A stretch of DNA of 64,000 nt, taken from Phallusia mammillata (taxonomy: Eukaryota). Shown here one piece after another: positions 53,089 to 64,000 of this stretch (position 1 is the first letter of the stretch; every line of letters begins with the position of its first letter). Where the stretch lies: assembly GCA_965637545.1 (NCBI GenBank), contig OZ281497.1, positions 5,890,001 through 5,954,000 of the forward strand, in the 5' to 3' direction. The notes beneath the pieces are model-generated. The model was given only the letters and a program-made list of their open reading frames with translations. It made no database searches and was not told the origin of the DNA. The translations under genes and the position numbers were made by a program.

Positions 53089-56000
53089 TCAATATCTACT
53101 CGTAGCAAGGTACAAAGATATCAAGCTTGATATAACAGCCATTGACCATGACAAATTGAGCGAAGTGGCAGAACCTGAAAATTAAATTAGAATATAACTT
53201 ATATAATGGCAAAACAATTAGGTCACAGCAATGTATTTGTCTTACCGATGCAGATTTTTTCCACGCTGACTTCAGTGTTGGTGTGTTTGCCAATATCACC
53301 TTTCTCTATGCTTCCACCCCACGCGTATAGGAAGTAAATGCATTCGGTTAAAGGCAGATCATTGTCATCCTGGTGGTAAATGTATTTTTTCTTGTAGTTT
53401 GAATAATCAAGAGTTAACTGAACCGTTATGTATTGAGAAACCACATTGAAATGGTTGTAAACGGCCATGACTTAAGTCAACAGTGTTAAAATAATCAACT
53501 TGACTTGAGTCATAAAATGGGACAATTTTAGTGCAAAAGACAATTTTAAACAATTATTCTTGTAATTGACATACCCTATCAAAACCATTTTCTATCAATT
53601 TTCTGCGTGGTTTGTGCTATTGCAATGCCTACTAAATTGATGCCTTGTGACGTTTTTTTGTAAAATTAATCGGATCTTAAATAGACTCATGTTTTAGCAA
53701 AAACTCGACTTGACACTGATATAATTTGACTCGTCTTGTGACTCGATAAGTACCCGTTGAGAAGTAAAATTGTTTACCCAACAAAAATACTTGGCATTAT
53801 CCTCGTACCTTTGTGTCTCGAGCTCTGGAAAACGAAAACTTAAGCTTCCCATCAAGGTACCATCCTCTGGCATTGCGCAACGAGCTTTTACTGTTGTCGA
53901 GAGCGACACCTTCCGGCGTTTTCGTGACCAGCCAGCGATCAGTAAGCGTGAGTTTTCCGCTAGATGGCTCTATCCATCCAACCACAGCGTCCGATTGTTC
54001 CTGGTCAGATAATGCATTTGAATTTGCCATAGATTCAACAAATTTGAATTAGTGTTATTGGAAGTTTCACAGCAAACTTCCTTTGATTATTTTTGTTAAA
54101 ACTTGATTGATCGACCGCAAGCAAAATGCTGTTGTAAAGGCAAGGTTTCGTTTATTCACGACTTTTTAAGGAGTATGTTTTGAGGTGCTATGTTGTAGCC
54201 TATAGTGTTTCTCTGCCTAGTGCAGTGGTTCTCAACTGGTGGTCCATGGACCACTAGTGGTCCATGATGACTTTTTGGGTGGTCCACAGGACGTCCACTA
54301 AGTTTGTTGATAAACTAGAGATTATTGCATATTACATGTTAAAAGAGTATCGAAATATTAGCTGTTAATAATTGTATCTCACTTCTTGAAAATCGCTTTT
54401 AAAGAATTATGTTTCAAGCCCAAATAGTAGTTTTGTATGTGTACTTTAATCTTGCTCAAAAATAAAATGGTCCATGATATTATTTTACTTGCGCGGTGGT
54501 CCATGGCCCGAAACGAGTTGAGAACCACTGGCCTAGTGCTTTGTCAGAGACTAGACATAACACAAAGTGTTTGTTTATATGCTTTCGCTATTGCTCGCGC
54601 TCATAGAATGAAACGGCGTGGTCAATACGGTCACGTGATATACTGTTAACATAGAGATCGTTTAATGCTAGTTGTAAACACTACATAGCCTAGTCCATAT
54701 TTTGGGTATCACATTTGGCAATCAAAGCATAAAATTAACACTGGGTTCTACTAAGCCAACCATTTTTTTGTCCTCTGAAAATCCAATTCCAGCCCATTCC
54801 TCAGCTTCTACCCTGGCTTCGATGCTAAAGTGAATAAGATCGGTTGACTTTCGATATCTCCACGATGCCCTGAAATCACAGTCGCTTCCTGCACAATCTT
54901 TTGGATGCGAGAACGATCCTTTCTCTAACGTGTCTTCCTCGTTTTTCGGGTCATCTTTAACAGAAAAGAAAATTTGAGTGTTGCGGAGCTCTTATCACAG
55001 TTGTGTATAAAAATCGTCAGATTGTAAAACCTATTTCATTTACCAAACGCGTTGTAAGTTATGCTCCCTCTTTGTGATGGTTTTGTTCCGTGGTATTTCA
55101 GTTCGTGAACTCTGCAAAGCAAAAGTGAAAATCAAATTACAGCAAATTAGTTATACTGGATGTGTGGCCATTGACATGCTACAAAAGCATCTGTTTTGTA
55201 AGTGTAATTCATATGCAATGAAAACAAAATTTGCTATTCGCAAAGAGTAATGACTTTTTCGATTTTTCCTGATTTGCAAAGCATGCGTTTGATCTTACAT
55301 TTGCAATTTTGTAATCATCTTAGTCACATATGCAATAACGAGTTCTGGAAACGAGACGTAAACGTGCTCTATTTCAAATTACGACATCTTCATGTTTACA
55401 TTGTAAACTTACGACCTCTCTAAGCAGATAAGTGCCCTGTGCTTAAATAATTGATGATCTACGTTGCACGTAACCCATTTATCGTCTTTCTCTAACAAGT
55501 ACGTGATATGAAACGCACACACCTGTAGTATCCATAGTCGGATGCCTCGCACTTTTCCAGCCCACTAAATGGTCGATGGAAAAACTTGGTCGGGGTCTGC
55601 CCTCTGGCCCATATCATTTTCATGGGTTGGTCTAATAGCGGTTGGTCACTTTTGTCTTTGGTGACAAGTTTCCTAAAAAGTGAAAAGGCGTATAGAATTT
55701 GACGGGCTTATCAGCAACACATGTGTCTTCTGCATGCTGATTCACCTAGGGCTGTTATCAAAGAAATAATGATTTGAATTTTTGACATAAATTTATCAAA
55801 TAATATTTCACACAATTTCAAATAATCAAATATTTTTTTCCATGCAATAAACCTCGATGTAGGTGCAACATCAGATCATAAGAACATATAGAATAGCCAC
55901 CAAAACATTAAATGGTCAGTATTTTACAAAAATACTGTTTCGATGATAAATTTTTCTGGTGAGTTTTGTTGAGGTTTCCTTTCGTATCAAACTTTTTTTA

Positions 56001-59000
56001 GTCATATGCACGATATTGCTACCTCCAGGACGAGTTTTACAAATTAACATACAGCAGTACATCTTGTTTTTCTTATCAAATGAAGTTAGTTCACAAAACC
56101 GTTTCATGGCGTGCAGTTTTAAAAAGTCAAATTTCTTTATTATGAAAATCCGCAAAAAGAGGCAAATTGCAAATGTATAATAGGTTTTATGTCGAACCTA
56201 CCGTATGAATCGGAGATACATCATTCCATTTTCGCTCTTTGCAACGGCCGCAACCAAATCTTCGCTTCCTCCGTACCAAGCATCGTGATGAGGAGTTGAT
56301 CTGTCACGTGTGTAACTGTCCAAAACCCGATGTAGTTTGCCTTTAGCTGTAGCTGGAACCAAATAACAGATAAGGAGTGTCAATACAGTACTTGTAGGGT
56401 CACTACCTTGCAACAAGCAATATTCGATACATACACAAGAGGATATTTATCATAGCGATCAGATGTTAGTAGATATATGCTTCTGTGGTGTAAGATGAAC
56501 ATTAATTCACCACTGGGATCAGCCCTGAAGTGTCAATGCAGACCAGCAACCACGCCACACTAATATATAAAATACAGTACGCCAGGCCCATTAAAGGCAC
56601 CTTGAATGAGAGCAGTACGCCTTGAATGGACCTGGCGTTATGTGCTTCTATCGTGGGTTCGAACGCACCGCAGGCCAGATTTTTTCAACCTACGCATTGC
56701 ATCACGAATATGCTTGGAAGGCCACAATGTTTTAGTGTAACGTTGTTGCACGTAATGACTCAGATTGGTTTTAAATTAAAGGGATTTGGCATGCCAGACT
56801 GTTGATACTTGCTAATATCGTTGACCTATGTATGCTAGAATGTTTCAAAAAGGAAAATTTGTTTCAATTATGGATGACTCGAATATTTCACTTAGAAAAA
56901 AAATCTATGTCAGTTTTACCGCAATCATCTGTTTTATACACTTGTTATGAAGCATTTTGTTTATATTGCACAAATGTTTTGGTACGCAGCTTACCAAAAA
57001 TGATATCCATGCAGTCCATAGCATGTAAAACGTCATCGCCGTCCTCTTTTGGTTTTGCATCCGGTTCAGGCTCTGGACTTGGAGCAGTTTTGTCGTCATC
57101 GGCTTTGTCTTCATCCGTGTCTTTGTCTTCTTTTTCATTATTGTCATCACCTGAATCTAACCAGAGAACGAATGATTTGTTTTAATATTAGGTTCGAGTG
57201 GTGAGTTCTGTTACAGGTATTAAGGACTTTTGTGGAAATACTACATAAAACCTTAGTAAATTAATAAAAAGTTTTCTTTAACTTGAATCATATTTCCGGA
57301 TTCTACCTTTTCTGTTGAATTCACAAAAGTTATTATTGGGTTGCATTTTTTGTAAATACCGTTAGAGTATAGAGTCACAGAGGTTACGCAAAATTTTGGA
57401 AGTTTTACAATGTACGCTCTTCTTCATTTATGCTTATAGAATCTTTTAATACCGTTGGCCATTGGGCTGTAATCGAAGCTCTTTCTAGCCCACTCTCCTG
57501 CCGCTGTGGTGTTGCCCATTTTGCATAGTTTTTCAATTTCGTTAATCTGTATGAATAAATTCATTAATGGTTGGCCTGGTTATGACAGTGTTGAAAAAAT
57601 GTTGTTCCGGGTACATGTTGCATCATGATCTTTTTATGTCTAGTTAAATCTCTCCCCCAAACAATTAATTATCATTTGAAATAGGCTTTAAAATCTGGAT
57701 ATTTAAATAAAAGGGTAACTACACTCAGTCCCGATAAACAACGTACTTTTTAATTAAACTAAGTGTGCTTATTACTATTAGACACATAGATATAACAATC
57801 GGTTTTACTGTGTAAAATACTACTTTGGTGGTATGGATTTTATAAAGTTCCAAACATATTGAATTTATTTCATCACCTTATTGTCTTGTTTGTCAACAAC
57901 TGCTCGTTTTCTTCTATTTGTCCGCCGCCGGCGTCTCCGCTTTTCTTCTGAAGACGATAATATAGAACAAATATAGAAATATAAGGCTATCCAATGACGC
58001 ACGCTATTTACAGTGAGAAACAAACGCTAAAGCACCGAACAGTTGACCTTTAAAACCTTAAGCCGCTCTAGCTTTAAAAGTGTCTTTTACATTTGGCAAC
58101 TTGCTTTGTGGACAACAACTATTTTAAAGGTTTTAATTCGCATCAACAAAATCCAGTCCAAGTAAAGTATTTCACAATCCAACTATCTGCCTTCATCAGT
58201 GTTTTCTGTTTGTTCTTCTTCTTCACTTTTCTCTTCTTCTTCCTCATAAACCTCATCATTATCTTCCTCTTCTGCAGAATTATCGGGATTGTTTGCGTCT
58301 GGGTCGGATTTTGGGAGAAATGAAGTTGGAAATTTCTTGATAAAAAAGCATTAGCAAAAATTGTTACCAGATATGTAGTAAATCTCTTCCCATTAATTAA
58401 AATCTCTTTTCAAGTAAAGCAACTGCGACGATTTTTTTCATATTGTTTTTAGATATTGATGATGCTTAAAGAAGCGAAATGCACTTGTTTTTGTAAAACA
58501 CGTAAAACACAGCGGCCGATTTAGTGGTTTTCACGCTGAATTTTCTTGTTACCAGATATATATATTACACTACAATTACAAGATATATTACACTACAATT
58601 TGAAATTGGAAGTAAACTAAAGTCACATATTGAATTTGTCATGCCCCACTCGCTCCCATGGGCGCCGGAACGTAGGGGCAAGAGGGGGCACTTGACCCCC
58701 CTTGGAATGTCAGTGTACCTCAATTTAACATATTTTGCAGCAAACCTAATTAAAGTGGCAGCGCGGGGATCTGTGACATCGTTTAATGCTTTAACTTTCA
58801 GGCAACTCAATTGTGAAGTACACGATTTATGCCTTCATATGTAACAAATTCTTGATGCGGTAAAGTATGAGCCAAAATTTGCCCTCTCTTGCAAAATTTT
58901 CTGCCGGTGCCCATGCTCGCTCCAGTAACAAACAAAAAACGCAGACAATAGCATTTAAATTTATCCTTTGAATACATCATACCATCCAACTGTTATACCA

Positions 59001-62000
59001 ACGCCATTATAAAAAAACGATATGAGACAAAAACCCTATGTATGTATTTTCAACTGGGTTTTATGACTTTAAACTGTTTTTATTTGGCAATGTTTTTTTA
59101 CGGGATTCGAACCCAGGAGCACGAATCCCGATCAGGTTTTTTATGCCTGTATAATTTGGCCAAGTTGAGGGCCTTTACCTTGCAATGTTCATCCACATCA
59201 CTGGGTCTCCACCCGATCGCGCACCAAGTGTCGGTTTTTGCCCTCACTGCAATTTCGATTTCTTCTTTGTCTTTTAATATTCTCCAGAAAAGACTTCAAA
59301 GAAATGTAATGCTTTGCAGACAATAAGGATTTAAGAGTTTTCCTAATTTGCCAAGTTTGTGTTCAAGAAGCCAGTTTACATTTTTGTGTAGGTTTAAAGG
59401 AAACTTTTTAACAACCCATAAGCTGTTTTAGAGTAGCCTGAAATTAATGCGTGAACCCGAAAGTACAAATCCGAAGTTCGGCCCAAACACCTTTTTCAAA
59501 AAAATATGCGATTTAGACGCATAAAAGTGTAAAATGGTGGCACAAAAAAGTATATTGCGGCACAAGTCTGGTCAACTGTGATGTCAAACCCGAATTATGT
59601 CGTTTTTTTACTTAGGCCTAAATCGATCGCGACCCGAGAAACTCGGCCCCACTTACAACTCCTCGCTGTTTTTTTTTTTTTATTTACAAACTTTTACCTG
59701 AACTCTGGATTTTCGTAAAGCTTAATTTTGCGGAACTTCTTTTCTTCTGACTTTTTTAACTTAGCATTCGTAAGTTTTGAATCTGTCAAACAGAATATAA
59801 TTACTTCACACCTTCTAAGAGTTTTTTTTAATTGTAACACAAATACCTTGGCATCACAAAGAAATGATTAGAATTTTTATTAGTGTTATATATGAGTGTT
59901 AAAAGTAACAAGAAAAGTCAATAAAGAGTAGTTAATGAGGCCGAACCCAAAACTACAAGCCTGGAACCCAATATTTTTCAATAAATAAAGCCCAGATCAG
60001 GACCTAAATGTAAGATTTACCACGGTGGAAATACGAAATAAATGTGACTTAATACTGTTAGGTCAGGCCCGAATTAAACCCCGTTTTAAGCCCGAAGCCA
60101 ACCTAAAAAGTCCGACCAAACCTACAATTTTACATGTAACTAACTTACATTTGTCGCACTTTCGTCCTGCCCAACCCGGCTCGCAGAAACATACTTTCTT
60201 AGGATGAAACGTAGATCCGATATCAACGCATTGCCCATGGGCGCTGCAATCTGAATTGGTGTCGCATTCATTTTCATACTCACACCTTAAAACATAGGTC
60301 GAACATAAAAAGGTAAAACATCGCTTAACAAAGCCCAAATGTAAATCGTTAATATTAAAAACAATCATTCGCAAAGATACTATGTTGTTTTGCACTAAAT
60401 GAGCAAAAACTACTTTTTAAAAATTCGCACGGTGTTTTACAACAAGCATAAAGTTAGCAAACCTTTCTCCCTCAAACTTTGATGGACAAGAGCAAACCCC
60501 GCTTGTACATGTTCCGCCGTTTATGCACTTTCCTTCGAAACACTCCTCTTCTGAAAACAGATTTAAATATATTTTAATTAAAACCTGTTGGATAATATTA
60601 GGTATGTATTTTTTTGCCAAGACAATACGAGAAAACTTCAATTCTGAAGCCCGGTCGTTTGAATCATTTTTTTGCCTTGACGTAAATTTTAATTTATCGT
60701 TTTTCACGATGTAAAAAAAGTTGTGTTGGGAGATTTGTAATCGTAGTGCATTGGATGTAATTTAAATGTCGTGAACGCCAAATTCAGATGATAAAATTTT
60801 GCAAAATTTGCCTTGCAATTTATTTTCAAATTTTCTAATTGTTTTCAGACTTTCATGGAGACTTAACCACGTTAGCACAGAATCTACCAATACCTCACAA
60901 AACATACCAGTGACTTTTGCTAACAGATAGATATTGTTTTGGCATCTATGATGCATTAATATGCGTTTTGTGGAGCAGCTGTTAAAACCAAATAGACTTC
61001 CCTCGTAACCCTGGTTTATGGTCAAAACGACCATTATAAAAACATTTTGACGTTACCTGTTTCTGTTACGACAGTGACGTCAGCACACGACCAGAAGTGG
61101 TAATCGTCATCACTTTTACCATTATCTTGTGCTGCCCATTCTTTTGCTTGTCGGAGTATTCTCAGCACACAATGGTCGCAAGTAATGTTTGAGTCAATGT
61201 TGACTGTATGTGATAGTTTCCTGTGAAGGGGCATTTTCCATCGTTAGGAAAAAAACTTTTGCTGTGTATTCTTGGTAGAGCATTGTATAAACCAGTGCTC
61301 TTCAACCGGTGTGCACGGGATGCACCAAAATATGCATGGGGTGCACCAGTACTAAAAGGTATACAAGGGTGCATCACAAACTTTTTAATAAACCATTAAT
61401 ATTTGACGTTCAGAATATTAGAAAAAATATGTAGGTTTCAACTGATGTATAAATGAACCTCTGTATTTTTTTTTAAATGTTGATCTCTAAGAATTTTTGT
61501 TTCGGTATAATTGACATGATGATATAAGGGTTCATCAAACCTCAAAAGAGCACTGGTATAAACAACCTAACAGTGGTTATAGTTGATTATGTTAACGGTG
61601 AAACATTTAGCACAAAAAAACAAAAAACAAAAAAAATTGTCTGAAAAAAATTCAGGCAAATTGACAGATCCAATGCTGAATACATGACAATTTAAAATTG
61701 TCATGTAAAACTCGAAAGAAGTTTTGGTTGTATGTGAACACCTTTTTAGAAACTAACAGTTAGAACTCGTTCTTTTCGAAGATCTATTTTAGGCATACAA
61801 AAATTGCAGCACCAGAAAACATAATTTGCAAAACAGGATATTTGCCAACATACGTGGAGTCATTTTGATAAACGAAGTTAGCATCTGTCAGTTCCGTCAG
61901 TAGGTCTCCGTCCAATTTAATCAACTGAATTTTCACACCACCCTGTAAAACATTTTTATACTGTTTATGAATTCGAGAGCAACAGCCTTTGCTTAATGAC

Positions 62001-63565
62001 AGCCGTAAAAGTATAGCGATTGTAAAATGTTAGGTTGATTCTCAGTATGAATTCCACGTCTCGCAAACAACATAAGAAAACTTCACTCGATGTGAAAACT
62101 TTTATAGACATAACATTCGGGTCTCTAGTTATGTATAATGCCTTGTGATAAATACAAACCCAACGACAAATCACTTTCGCTGTTTTTTTACCTGGTTTGG
62201 ATAAGCTACATGCCATGTAACGGTAAAATCAATCCCAGCTACCAATGTTGTCATAACGCTCTTGTCTGGAAAACAGAAAATACTTTTGTTACACGTGGTG
62301 CTTTTATCATCGCTAAAATGGCTATTGGATCATCATAGGTAGTAAAGTGTGCTAAGTAGCCTATAAGCTTAACGTCTCGCAGTCTCAAAATTCAGTTTGT
62401 AAAAAAATGCACAACTTATCATGTATGGTGTTCTTGTTAGGTCTATCACATATTTGAATTGTTTTCAGGTTTGGGCTTTGGTCTACTAACTTAAGATGCG
62501 TGAAGCACCTCTTCACGAAAACAAAGCTTTGATTACATACGCGCAATACAAATCATATCCCAAAAGGCTTTGTCGAAGACATTTTAAACACTAGAACATC
62601 ACCAATTCCAAATATCCACGACTTGGTTTACCGTTTTAGCTAAACATTCCCAGTTTGAAAACAATAAAAAAAAACATTTTTTGTAGACAGTGAGTCACCG
62701 ACTATTGACAAGTTTGAATAGCTGACATAGAGTAATTAACACTAAACCGCTTAAGCATGGAAAGCGTTATTGCCGTCCATGGTTTATTCATAACTGACAC
62801 GTGCGTAAATTATCACAACATCGTCGCGCTGTTTGAAAATGTCTTTTTCGGTTTCGCAAATGCCATGCTAATGGGCAAAGCTAATAGATTTTGAGGAAAA
62901 CAAAGTGTCTTAGAAACATTACATTGGCCAGTCTATAGGGTTTATTGGTAATTTTTATAATATACATAAAATGTCATGGAAATGTTAATATTGCTAAAAT
63001 ATGCAACGTATTTTCACAACTTTTAGTTACTTTGAAATATTAAAGACACATTCAAGCATTTTTGTTAGTGCAGACTATTTCTTGGTTCAAATATTCGTGG
63101 CACATATCGAAGCAAAATCTTTTGTCACTGTTAAACTAGTATTTATTTCTTTTAAACCGTTAATACCTGAATCAAATTGCACACCACAGGGTGGGTTTGA
63201 ATTTCTGTTGTCCATGTAGTCGAACGCCATTGGTCGAGCCCGGGGAAAGGTCAAAACCACGTGACTTTTCACAAGATTGTAGGCAAGCATTGAAGTCTTG
63301 TAAACGAGAAAAATAGTAAATAGTTTAATTGTCTTACACAGTTAAAGAGCAAATGGAACCACATGGCAAAGAGATTTAAAGCTATGAATAATGTCCCAAA
63401 TTGTAGATAAATTTTCGTTTTTTTGCAGAAAAGTATTCCTATGGCAAGGAAATAATAATTCAAAGCTTCACTATAGTTAAATGTTAAATGTCATGTAAAT
63501 ATAGAACGTTAAAAACTTGTTGTCTTTAATGTACTTACCATCAGGAATATTGTATGTAGCTTCAT
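53089..63565 (-). CDS. nahoda: Nahoda-like secreted/GPI-anchored protein: signal peptide, N-terminal His (LPMO-like) domain, 2 EGF-like repeats, 2 DOMON domains; 20 exons, ~779 aa
   Basis: Exons (minus strand): 63565-63539, 63296-63167, 62265-62192, 61942-61854, 61220-61057, 60550-60463, 60285-60149, 59782-59698, 59293-59179, 58335-58191, 57947-57877, 57546-57453, 57150-56995, 56352-56202, 55672-55523, 55111-55044, 54954-54761, 54000-53809, 53369-53246, 53174-53089. They total 2340 nt, all phases join, and all introns are GT-AG except possibly intron 10. Motifs: MKLHTIFLMTSMLAYNLVKS|HVVLTFPRAR, PPCG, TWHVAYP, CDHCVLRILRQAKEW, YHFWSCADV, EGF CINGGTC..CSCPSKFEGERC and CSAHGQCVD..KKVCFCEPGWAGRKC, WCAIGWRP, AMDCMDII, DSYTRDRSTP, IWARGQ, ELKYHG, WAGIGFS, SDAVVGW, and a hydrophobic C-tail. 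The motif order matches the invertebrate Nahoda family as I remember it (no search run). Confidence 0.88.
54223..54530. mobile_element. hAT-type MITE in intron 17 of the Nahoda-like gene
   Basis: TIRs CAGTGGTTCTCAACT / AGTTGAGAACCACTG; perfect TSD GCCTAGTG; internal GGTGGTCC repeats. Confidence 0.92.
58657..58915. mobile_element. MITE with CATGGGCG termini (hAT superfamily inferred from 8-bp TSD) in intron 9 of the Nahoda-like gene
   Basis: TIRs CATGGGCGCCGG / CCGGTGCCCATG; perfect TSD CTCGCTCC. Confidence 0.9.
61293..61555. mobile_element. hAT-type MITE in intron 4 of the Nahoda-like gene
   Basis: TIRs CAGTGCTCTT / AAGAGCACTG; perfect TSD GTATAAAC; internal GGTG(T/C)AC-like repeats. Confidence 0.88.
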
Positions 63566-63778
63566 GTTTGCGATCCGGGCATAAGCACACCCGCAGAGCT
63601 TTTATCTATTAATCTAATTCAAGGAAATCCTTTGGATCAAAACACTATTTTTACTCACAAATGGGCTAAAAGTATACAGTTACGTCAAAAAAGAAACTTT
63701 CTAAATCGCGGGTCATTATTTTAGTTACACGATTAAGTATCGTGGGAGATGTTTTTTAGATGTTTATATTTTTACTAA

Positions 63779-63960
63779 GAGTTGTAAGTGAGGCCGGATT
63801 TCGAACTTTGGGCTTCAGTTTGAATAATACAAACCTTATTCGGCTCTGATTCACATCTGGCCTCTTTGAAATCGCAAATTCACAAATTTTTGGGGCTTTT
63901 TCTGGCTTTAAAAAAAAATAAAACTAGGTATTAGGCTTCTACTTTCGGTTCGGGCCCCTC
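63779..63960. mobile_element. Degenerate element of the AGAGTTGTAAG-terminus family upstream of the Nahoda-like gene
   Basis: It begins agagttgtaagtgaggccgg, a near reverse complement of ggcccacttacaactcc at ~59645-59662, with internal ttcggg/gggc repeats. Confidence 0.45.
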
Positions 63961-64000
63961 CTATTGCCTTTGTTTCTAAAGCTTTAACACTAATTCTGCG

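Noticed and set aside
56802-58323. Plus-strand Ser/Phe/Leu-rich ORFs that look like membrane proteins (56802-57185, 58093-58323)
   Set aside because: They are antisense readings of the Glu/Asp/Lys-rich Nahoda-like exons.
59101-59130. cgggattcg...cgaatcccg inverted repeat containing a tRNA B-box (GGTTCGAATCCC on minus)
   Set aside because: No A-box, cloverleaf or acceptor stem could be built; at most a SINE remnant.
61681-61707. Perfect 13-bp-arm palindrome tacatgacaattt-a-aaattgtcatgta
   Set aside because: AT-rich, intronic and isolated; probably a TE remnant or local inversion-duplication, with no further support for function.
1-64000. Search for snRNA, SL RNA, 5S rRNA, tRNA, reverse transcriptase or transposase coding sequence
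   Set aside because: No recognisable signature was seen by eye on either strand; an Infernal/Rfam and tRNAscan run would be needed to exclude divergent copies.

Overview
AT-rich, intron-rich animal genomic DNA. The compact genes, short introns and mosaic CpG pattern suggest an invertebrate, probably an ascidian/tunicate (inference). No prokaryotic features, CRISPR arrays, rRNA or intact tRNA genes were found. Four spliced genes were reconstructed by hand with consistent splice phases. (1) An 86-aa RIIa docking/dimerisation-domain microprotein (+, 21395-23839). (2) A 401-aa N-myristoylated tandem-C2 protein (-, 27722-39731). (3) A 1657-aa protein built from about ten winged-helix/LOTUS-like repeats (+, 41658-51586), divergent from gene 2. 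(4) A 779-aa, 20-exon Nahoda-like surface protein (-, 53089-63565): signal peptide, His-first LPMO-like domain, two EGF repeats, two heme-type DOMON domains and a GPI-like tail. The first ~21 kb has no convincing coding gene but carries CpG-rich, motif-dense islands and a TATA-driven micro-exon. At least seven short hAT-type MITEs with 8-bp target duplications lie in introns. The most interesting signals are the LPMO-like/cytochrome-DOMON fusion (with an apparent His-to-Asn change in its copper site), the multi-winged-helix protein, and a sharply bounded CpG-depleted zone on both sides of the shared promoter of genes 2 and 3.
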